Made by a program: the position numbers and the translations under genes
Notes under the pieces: model-generated
Told to the model about the DNA's origin: nothing
Databases searched by the model: none
Seen by the model: only the letters and a program-made list of their open reading frames with translations
NCBI GenBank assembly: GCA_041666545.1
Contig: JBAYGS010000001.1
Location: 283,942-341,062 of the forward strand
Length of the DNA: 57,121 bases
DNA from: Minisyncoccota bacterium
GTDB taxonomy: Bacteria; Patescibacteriota; Minisyncoccia; Phycocordibacterales; JBAYGS01
Direction of reading: 5' to 3'
Part shown: positions 7,832-14,185 of the stretch, in pieces
How positions within the stretch are numbered: position 1 is the stretch's first letter
Layout of the letters: every line of letters starts with the position of its first letter

Positions 7832-8398
7832 TCAAATATTCGGAACCTTCGAAAGATAGAACTCGTACCTGCCACCACCTCTGGGGATAAAGTACGCCCC
7901 GAACATGGTGGCCCCAGACCCCGGACTTAGCACCACATCAATTTTCCCAAGCATCAGCCGGCGATGTTCGGCAATCGACATGTTGGCCATAACCTTGAGG
8001 CGTGCTAGTACAAATGAACGCATTTTCGGAACGATAGTCGTAACAGGAACCCAATCAAAGCTTTCCGAGGACAGGCCCGCCACGACCACAGGGTTGTTAT
8101 CGTGAGCGGCGAACATTATGTCTCGATAACCCGCGGTGAGACACATGTTGATTGCTTGGTTGACCATCTCAATGAGAGGTGTCTCTTCGGGAATCGGGAT
8201 CACCGCATGACCGGCCGGCTGTCTATCCGGCCCCCGCGGCAAAGATATTCTGATTTCCGGCGGTTTGGGCCGGGACGGCATCTGTGAAGCTACCCCTTGG
8301 GGAACCGTGTAAGCTTTTGCCTCACCTACCGAAACCGGCTTCGCTGGCAAGCTGATTCTCACAGTTGCCGGCTTTTTTCTTCCAGGTGTGTCTGACAT
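7832..8398 (-). CDS. Stand-alone PilB/GspE-type secretion-ATPase N-terminal domain protein with a Pro-rich N-terminus; no ATPase domain
   Basis: The C-terminal 115 aa aligns by eye to the domain preceding the Walker A motif in GspE/PilB. The matching segments are PLIEMVNQAI..AGYRDIMF...RLKVMANMSIAEHRRLMLGKIDVVL...FGAYFIPRGGG. Confidence 0.6.
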   Translation of the reverse strand: MSDTPGRKKPATVRISLPAKPVSVGEAKAYTVPQGVASQMPSRPKPPEIRISLPRGPDRQPAGHAVIPIPEETPLIEMVNQAINMCLTAGYRDIMFAAHDNNPVVVAGLSSESFDWVPVTTIVPKMRSFVLARLKVMANMSIAEHRRLMLGKIDVVLSPGSGATMFGAYFIPRGGGRYEFYLSKVPNI

Positions 8399-8470
8399 AT
8401 CTAGCCTTTCCTTTGATTTTTGATTGAACCTTCCAAATTCAAAATACCACTTTGATAAAAATTTGCAACC
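8399..8470 (-). repeat. Promoter/5'UTR module, copy 1 (upstream of ORF 7832-8398)
   Basis: About 88% identical to 9094-9165. The minus strand reads TTGCAA...TGGTATTTT...AAAGGAAAGGCTAGAT-ATG. Confidence 0.8.
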
Positions 8471-8473
8471 AAT

Positions 8474-8499
8474 AAAAAAGAAGCCGACCGTTCGGCTTC
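8474..8499 (-). terminator. Terminator after ORF 8530-9093
   Basis: GAAGCCGA (8480-8487) / TCGGCTTC (8492-8499), then TTTTTT on the minus strand. Confidence 0.6.
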
Positions 8500-8529
8500 C
8501 TGTAATAACCCAAGCGAGTTTCCCGTCAT

Positions 8530-9093
8530 CTATTTCAAATTGATGGGTATCGCCACTGTAGGACTTTCTCCTGTAGTGGACGAAGTCAAGGGTCTGGCCA
8601 AGGGCGGCGGCAGTGATACCCTGACAGTGTCACAAATTGCACCGAGGCAAATCTTCTGACCTGGTTTAAGCTCGCGCGCCGGCTGACACTGTTTTGCAAG
8701 TTGGCAAGCCCTCAAAGCCATCTGGGCAACAATCTCAGCCCCATCCATCGTTATCTGAAAGTCCGGAAAACAAAATCTGATAAAGGATTTCTCAGTCCGT
8801 GACCCAGAACTTCCCATTGGCGAAGAAACGAATTCGGTCCAAACACTAAGGTAGCTCACGCTCTGAAGCGTCGAGTCATCTCTCGGACACCTTGCGGCCC
8901 GTGTGGTGTTCCAAACTTGAAAGAGATGCTTCGTGTTACCTTCCGTGGTAACCCGTAGTCCCCAATCACTGTGACCCTTAAGCGGTGCCGCCACAATTTT
9001 CGTCTTGGAACCGTCGTCAGTCGGCACGTTAGCGAGATCGCGGCATAAGCCAAACTCGGCAAGCAGAACTTCGGGAATGTCTGACAGGAACAT
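8530..9093 (-). CDS. Hypothetical protein (GC-rich insert), Cys-rich, with a C-terminal VRVSLPPP motif
   Basis: 187-aa ORF with the same SD and promoter module as ORF 7832-8398. No family recognised. Confidence 0.5.
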   Translation of the reverse strand: MFLSDIPEVLLAEFGLCRDLANVPTDDGSKTKIVAAPLKGHSDWGLRVTTEGNTKHLFQVWNTTRAARCPRDDSTLQSVSYLSVWTEFVSSPMGSSGSRTEKSFIRFCFPDFQITMDGAEIVAQMALRACQLAKQCQPARELKPGQKICLGAICDTVRVSLPPPLARPLTSSTTGESPTVAIPINLK

Positions 9094-9165
9094 ATCTAGC
9101 CTTTCCTTTGATTTTTAACTGTACCTTCCAAATTCAAAATACCACGCTCTTAAAAATTTGCAAGC
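9094..9165 (-). repeat. Promoter/5'UTR module, copy 2 (upstream of ORF 8530-9093)
   Basis: CATATCTAGCCTTTCCTTTGATTTTT...CCTTCCAAATTCAAAATACCAC...TAAAAATTTGCAA is shared with 8396-8470. Confidence 0.8.
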
Positions 9166-9232
9166 TCCTGCTTTCCTAATTGTCCCCGCCCTGCCTTCAC
9201 TTTTAAACTTTAAAACTTTTTAACTTTTAAAC

Positions 9233-11530
9233 TCATTTAGCTACCGCTACCGCCTCCTCAAACTCAACCGACAAAAGCTTTGAGTCGCCACCGGAGGCCA
9301 TCGTCACACCGTAGAGCACGCCCGCCCGGGACATCGTCTCGCGATTGTGGGTAATTAAAATCAATTGCGAGTGTTGCGACAAATTGGCAATCATATCGCC
9401 ATACTTTCTTGAGTTGGCCTCGTCGAGCGCCGCATCGGTCTCGTCCAAAATAATAAACGGCGGCGGATTAACTTGGGAAATGGCAAAAATCAGAGCAATC
9501 GAAGTGAGTGCTCTTTCACCACCTGATAGCATCACCAAACCTTTGACCTTTTTATGTGGCAAACTAACCTGAATATCCAGACCCTCTTTACCTTCGTCTT
9601 CCTCTTCTTCCTCCGGAATCGACATACTTTCACCCTCCAACAAATCGGATAGACCTTCATCTTTAACCTTACGCTTGGCCTCTCGTATCACATCGAGCGA
9701 AGCGTGCCCACCACCGAACATCAAAGCGAAAAATTCCTGGAACTGATGGTTGATTTTGGCAACTCCAGTCTTAAACTCCTCATCAAGTCGTAGCTCCAAA
9801 TCCTTGATCAATTCTTTCAGCGAAATCGCCGATTTTTCCAGGTCGGCCAATTCGCGAACCAAAAATTCATCTCGGCCACTCACATCCTGATACTCCTTCA
9901 TAATCTCCTCGCTCGAACCGCCACCGGAATCTTCCAGTCGAATTTTAATTTTCTCGATTACTTTCCGCCTCTCCTCCTGCCGGTCGCGCAACTCACGAAC
10001 AATCTCCTCTTGTGACAAAACCCGGCCGGTATCATCAACCGGATTAAAATCGTGGAAAGCCGAAATTTCTCGACCAACCAAAACCAGCCCCTCCTGCACC
10101 TCTCGTTTAAAATTGGTCTCCTCAATAATCAACTTATCTTCCTTGGTCTGAATCGCCTGCATAATGGCGTGAATCTCATTTTGGTCAGCCATAATTCTAA
10201 AAATCGCCTTCTCCGCCTCTCGGTTGATGTCTTTCTCTTTCTCAATCGAATCTTTAACCTCAACATAATCTTTCTGCTGTTTTTCCTCAGTCGAAATAAC
10301 AGCCTTAAGTTCCTGTTCCAGGTTGTGCCTTTTCTCCTCAAGTTCTTTAATTTCAGCCTTAAGTTCACCGGTTTCTTTTTGACCACTAAAATTGCGACTA
10401 TCTTTAACAAATTTTTCCAATCGCGCCAAAAGCGACTTAATCAGGTCTCGCAAATTTGAAATATTTTCTTCAGCTTCCGCGCGACCGGCTTCACTCTTGA
10501 TTTCAGAAACCAAAGACTCAACCGAAGAAACCGGGACCATCGTATCGGATTCCGTCTCTGCCAATTTTTGCGCCTTCTCAATCCGGCGCTTTTCGAAATC
10601 AATCATACCCTCGAGCCGCCCAATTTCCCGAGTCAGTCGATCTTTTTCTCGTCGGCTATTTTGCAAACCGCTCTCCAAATTGATCAGTTGGTCACTTTTA
10701 TGATCGCGCCCTTTGGAGCTCGCCACGGTTTCTTTGGCTTTCTTCAATTCTTCATCGAGCGATTTCAATTTGGCAGCCGGTTCTCGCCTAGCTTCTTCAA
10801 CCGTTTTCTTTTCGTGACTCAAGTAGACCTCTTCGCGCTTTAAATAATCGCGGTAGAGTGATTTCAATTCCTCCTTCATCGCCAAAGCTTTTTCAACTTT
10901 CTCGACTTGCTTCTTGAGAAATCGTAAATGCGGCGCAATTTCTTTGCGCAGGGATTCAACTTGTTTGATATTTTCCTCGGTCTTAATCAGTTTCTTCTCA
11001 CTCTCCTGTCGTTTGTATTGATAAATTTTGAGACCTAAAGCGTCCTCAACCATCGCCCGCCTTTCTTTGGGGTTCGCGGTTAAAACGCGGTCGGCCTCGC
11101 CTTGAGAAATAATCTGATGGCCGGAAGCGCCAATGTGGGCACTCGCCAAAAGCTCGATGATATCGCGCAGACGGACTTGAGTGCCGTTAATTAGATATTC
11201 ACTTGAGGAGTCGCGATAAATAATCCTCTCCAAAATCACCTCGTCATAATCGAGATTAAAAAGCCGTTTGCGGTTGTCAAAGGTGAGTTTAACGGAAGCC
11301 CGATTACCTCTCGGCAAATCTTTAGAACCGTTGAAAATCAAATCTTCGGTTTTTTTCCCACGCAGAGATTTAATCGATTGTTCGCCTAGAGCAAAGCGGA
11401 AAGCCTCGGCCACATTGCTTTTGCCCGAACCGTTGGGGCCGACAATCGCCGAAATCGGTGTCTTAAAATCAAGACCAGTTTTCTTGGCAAATGATTTGAA
11501 GCCGGTGAGTTCGAGGGATTTTAGATGCAT
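9233..11530 (-). CDS. smc: SMC-family chromosome segregation ATPase, unusually short (765 aa), no recognisable hinge
   Basis: The N-head is FKSFAKKT..VGPNGSGKSNVAEAFRFALGEQSIKSLRGKK. The C-head is LSGGERALTSIALIFAISQVNPPPFIILDETDAALD. Only coiled-coil-like sequence lies between them. Confidence 0.85.
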   Translation of the reverse strand: MHLKSLELTGFKSFAKKTGLDFKTPISAIVGPNGSGKSNVAEAFRFALGEQSIKSLRGKKTEDLIFNGSKDLPRGNRASVKLTFDNRKRLFNLDYDEVILERIIYRDSSSEYLINGTQVRLRDIIELLASAHIGASGHQIISQGEADRVLTANPKERRAMVEDALGLKIYQYKRQESEKKLIKTEENIKQVESLRKEIAPHLRFLKKQVEKVEKALAMKEELKSLYRDYLKREEVYLSHEKKTVEEARREPAAKLKSLDEELKKAKETVASSKGRDHKSDQLINLESGLQNSRREKDRLTREIGRLEGMIDFEKRRIEKAQKLAETESDTMVPVSSVESLVSEIKSEAGRAEAEENISNLRDLIKSLLARLEKFVKDSRNFSGQKETGELKAEIKELEEKRHNLEQELKAVISTEEKQQKDYVEVKDSIEKEKDINREAEKAIFRIMADQNEIHAIMQAIQTKEDKLIIEETNFKREVQEGLVLVGREISAFHDFNPVDDTGRVLSQEEIVRELRDRQEERRKVIEKIKIRLEDSGGGSSEEIMKEYQDVSGRDEFLVRELADLEKSAISLKELIKDLELRLDEEFKTGVAKINHQFQEFFALMFGGGHASLDVIREAKRKVKDEGLSDLLEGESMSIPEEEEEDEGKEGLDIQVSLPHKKVKGLVMLSGGERALTSIALIFAISQVNPPPFIILDETDAALDEANSRKYGDMIANLSQHSQLILITHNRETMSRAGVLYGVTMASGGDSKLLSVEFEEAVAVAK

Positions 11531-11538
11531 GACGGTAA

Positions 11539-11566
11539 ATTATAAATTCAAAATTACAAGTTCCAA
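11539..11566 (-). promoter_or_regulatory. Leaderless-type promoter of smc
   Basis: TTGGAA (11566-11561), 16-nt spacer, TATAAT (11544-11539), then 8 nt to ATG 11530. Confidence 0.55.
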
Positions 11567-11820
11567 ATAAATCTCAATAACCAAAAATTTAATCTTGGGC
11601 CAAAATTTCAGTCAAACAAATTATACTCGGAAACTCGCTAATTTGCATTATGTTCCAAATAAATTTCTGTCAAGGATAACGTACACTGCTTGCCTCGGGC
11701 TTGGTTATTGTTTCTTGGTTATTGATTATTCCCCAGGGGTTCTCAATCTCTCCATATTCGGATGCCTCATTTGTGAAGGTTCTTAACTATTCGTACGCCC
11801 TATTCGTAAGGGTTCTTAAC

Positions 11821-11935
11821 AAAAAAGGCGCCTGGAGAATAAACCCCAAAGCGCTTCAACCTAGATTGCCCAATCAGGGACTGATACGCGACTCACGGTC
11901 GCACTTAATCCGTCCCCGATGGACCAACATGTTGT
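11821..11935 (-). ncRNA. Candidate ~115-nt small RNA, class unknown
   Basis: Promoter at 11942-11970. Internal hairpins are GGGAC...GTCCC and GCGAC-CGTGA-GTCGC. The terminator-like stem is at 11828-11854, with a T6 run at 11826-11821. No convincing ORF. Confidence 0.3.
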
Positions 11936-11941
11936 TCCTGT

Positions 11942-11970
11942 ATCTTATTATATTCCCCGCCAAATGTCAA
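11942..11970 (-). promoter_or_regulatory. Promoter abutting inverted-repeat element A
   Basis: TTGACA (11970-11965), 17-nt spacer, TAAGAT (11947-11942). Confidence 0.45.
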
Positions 11971-12089
11971 TCCCGTTAGAGATATTCAGTTAATAATGGC
12001 AGCATAAAACAAGTTCACAATTATTATCTGTCCGACAGAGACTTACCAACAGCGACGGCCGTCGCCGCGACGACCTATCTCTAACGGGA
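11971..12089. repeat. Inverted-repeat element A: perfect 14-nt arms around a 91-nt core
   Basis: TCCCGTTAGAGATA (11971-11984) and TATCTCTAACGGGA (12076-12089). The same arms occur at 37139-37259. Confidence 0.9.
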
Positions 12090-12779
12090 CTAGTTCCACT
12101 TCTTCTTACTGATAGCCATATTCGCCGCTTCTTGTTCAGCATCTTGTTTAGAACGGCCAGAACCAGTCGCGATTTTTTCATTACCCAAGAAAACCCCGAC
12201 GGTAAATTCTTTGTCATGATCCGGACCGTTTTCGCTCAAAGTTTGATAGGCAGGAGTAATGCCGGCTTTTTCTTGCGCCAATTCTTGAAAACGACTTTTG
12301 GCATCAATCCACGAACCGCTGTTTACAATCCCCTCAGTTAGACCGAACAAATTCTTCTCGAGAAATTTCCGAGACACTTCAAAACCCTGATCGAGATAAA
12401 TCGCCCCCAAAACCGACTCGAAGGTGTTCGCCAAAATATACTGACGAGCGCGACCAGTATCCTTAGCCTCACCTTTTGACAACAAGAGGAAATCATTAAA
12501 ACCCAAATCGGATGCTACTTCGGACAAAGTAATCGCGTTTACAATCGCAGCCCGATAGGAAGTCAAATCACCCTCAGTCGCCTTCGGGTACTTGGCATAA
12601 AGAAATTCAGTCGCCGCCAACTCCAAAACTGCGTCGCCCAAAAACTCCAATCGCTCGTTGTGTTCCAGACTGCTCCCGCGATTTTCATTGATATAGGAAC
12701 GATGAGTAAACGCTTGTTTTAAAAGCGCCTCGTTTTTGAAAACCACGCCAATTTTTTTCTCGAAAGTTTTTAGGTCCAT
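12090..12779 (-). CDS. rnc: Ribonuclease III
   Basis: NERLEFLGDAVLELA signature plus a C-terminal dsRBD (GPDHDKEFTVGV...GSGRSKQDAEQEAA). Confidence 0.95.
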   Translation of the reverse strand: MDLKTFEKKIGVVFKNEALLKQAFTHRSYINENRGSSLEHNERLEFLGDAVLELAATEFLYAKYPKATEGDLTSYRAAIVNAITLSEVASDLGFNDFLLLSKGEAKDTGRARQYILANTFESVLGAIYLDQGFEVSRKFLEKNLFGLTEGIVNSGSWIDAKSRFQELAQEKAGITPAYQTLSENGPDHDKEFTVGVFLGNEKIATGSGRSKQDAEQEAANMAISKKKWN

Positions 12780-12787
12780 GCTATTAA

Positions 12788-12815
12788 ATTATAAATTCCA
12801 AATCCCAAGCTCCAA
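12788..12815 (-). promoter_or_regulatory. Leaderless-type promoter of rnc
   Basis: TTGGAG (12815-12810), 16-nt spacer, TATAAT (12793-12788), then 8 nt to ATG 12779. About 80% identical to the smc promoter block. Confidence 0.5.
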
Positions 12816-12866
12816 ACAAATCCTAAATTCTAAATTTTTTGGAACTTGAAATTTGGTACTTGGTGC

Positions 12867-13772
12867 TTATTTTTTAAGTAGGAGCTGTACCGCCTTAGTC
12901 ACAATTGGCAATATATCACTATAAAAATTAAGTTCAAGTATATCCTGAAGTTTAAACCAACGAGCATCATCAAGACCGCCCGAGGTGCCCAGCTTCAAAT
13001 CCTGGTACTTGGCCTCGGCCAGAAAGTAATTGACCTGCTTGCGCTTCTTGCCTTCCTCCGGATGGGTCGCCACATATTCGTTATTTCCCAACTCATCTTT
13101 AATTTCCACCTCGAGTCCGAGCTCTTCTTTGATTTTGCGCATCGTCCCAACCTTCAGCTCCTCATCGGGCTCAAGTCGTCCCTTAGAAAGAGTCCAGTGG
13201 CCAAAAACATCGTGGACCAAAGCCAAGTAAATATCATTTTTGTGCTTAGAATAAACAATTGCGCCACCGAGTCGCTCAATCGGCATTTTCTCAAAAGGCA
13301 AATTAAATTTGTCGTCGTTCTTCTTTTTCTTTGAGACTTCGTCCTTGCCCGGCTCACCCAACTCTTTGTAGACCGCGCCCAAAACCCCGTTTACAAACTT
13401 ACCGCTGTTTTCACCGCCGAAAGTCTTGGCGAGTTCAATCGCTTCATTAATTGCCACTTTGGCCGGCACCTCACTGCGGTCGGCAAAAATCAATTCGTAA
13501 AGACCCATGCGCAAAACATTGCGATCAATCACAGAAATCTTATCAATCGGCCATTCGGGAGCCGCCTTGGTGATAATATTGTCGAGTTCTTCCCTTTTCG
13601 CCAAAACTCCTTTGGCCAGTTTATCCGAAAACGACAAATCCCCGAGGCCCGGCGCAAATTCAGTGGAATCGCGCTTGATGAGCTCGAGGACTTGCGAATC
13701 TTTACGCTTTGCAAAATCCCACTCAAAGAGTGCTTGCAAAACTAACGATCGTGAAAGGTGCCGATTAGCCAT
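12867..13772 (-). CDS. nusB: NusB antitermination factor fused to a C-terminal NUDIX hydrolase domain
   Basis: The N-terminal ~150 aa is NusB-like (LSRSLVLQALFEWDF...AINEAIELAKTFGGENSGKFVNGVLG). The C-terminal ~135 aa carries the Nudix box GRLEPDEELKVGTMRKIKEELGL. Confidence 0.85.
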   Translation of the reverse strand: MANRHLSRSLVLQALFEWDFAKRKDSQVLELIKRDSTEFAPGLGDLSFSDKLAKGVLAKREELDNIITKAAPEWPIDKISVIDRNVLRMGLYELIFADRSEVPAKVAINEAIELAKTFGGENSGKFVNGVLGAVYKELGEPGKDEVSKKKKNDDKFNLPFEKMPIERLGGAIVYSKHKNDIYLALVHDVFGHWTLSKGRLEPDEELKVGTMRKIKEELGLEVEIKDELGNNEYVATHPEEGKKRKQVNYFLAEAKYQDLKLGTSGGLDDARWFKLQDILELNFYSDILPIVTKAVQLLLKK

Positions 13773-13801
13773 AGTATTTCCTTATTATGCTAACGCGAAA
13801 C

Positions 13802-13835
13802 AAAAAAGCGCGCAAGTGTACTTGCGCGCTTTTTT
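13802..13835. terminator. Bidirectional terminator after rpmF
   Basis: AAAAAA GCGCGCAAG TGTA CTTGCGCGC TTTTTT. Confidence 0.65.
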
Positions 13836-13839
13836 AGAT

Positions 13840-14064
13840 TTATCGGGCCGTTTCTTTTTCTTTCGACTTCTTGGCTTTCTTTTCAGCTTTTTTGTTTACG
13901 TTCACGACAACTCGGCCGTTATATTTGCCGCAATTTGGGCAAACTTGATGGGCCATTTTTTGCTGACCACATTCTTTACATTTGGAAAGCGCCCCTCCCG
14001 CTAGAGCGTGATGGGACCTTCGATTATTGCGATGGGAGCGCGTCGCGCGCATTCGATTTACCAT
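13840..14064 (-). CDS. rpmF: 50S ribosomal protein L32
   Basis: MVNRMRATRSHRNNRRSHHAL...CKECGQQKMAHQVCPNCGKY. The ORF-track start 14145 is trimmed to ATG 14064, which has the promoter. Confidence 0.9.
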   Translation of the reverse strand: MVNRMRATRSHRNNRRSHHALAGGALSKCKECGQQKMAHQVCPNCGKYNGRVVVNVNKKAEKKAKKSKEKETAR

Positions 14065-14073
14065 AGTTGGGAA

Positions 14074-14102
14074 AGTATAAACCAAAGACCGATAATATGC
14101 AA
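14074..14102 (-). promoter_or_regulatory. Leaderless-type promoter of rpmF
   Basis: TTGCAT (14102-14097), 17-nt spacer, TATACT (14079-14074), then 9 nt to the ATG. Confidence 0.55.
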
Positions 14103-14131
14103 ATCTTAACTGTTTTCGTGTCAGGCACATG

Positions 14132-14165
14132 AAAAAGCCCCTCATCTACCATGTAGACGAGGGGC
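14132..14165 (-). terminator. Terminator after the flotillin gene
   Basis: GCCCCTC...GAGGGGC hairpin (14137-14165), then TTTTT on the minus strand. Confidence 0.6.
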
Positions 14166-14185
14166 AACTAACACTAGTCAAACAG

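Noticed and set aside
11595-11979. Plus-strand ORFs 11595-11786 and 11701-11979 in the rnc-smc spacer.
   Set aside because: They have TTG starts, no SD or promoter, odd composition, and they overlap each other. The region fits non-coding RNA or regulatory DNA better.
11971-12089. Inverted-repeat elements as integron attC sites or CRISPR remnants.
   Set aside because: attC sites run RYYYAAC ... GTTRRRY, whereas here the order is GTTAGAG ... CTCTAAC. There is no intI and no cassette array. CRISPR repeats are direct rather than inverted, and there are no cas genes.
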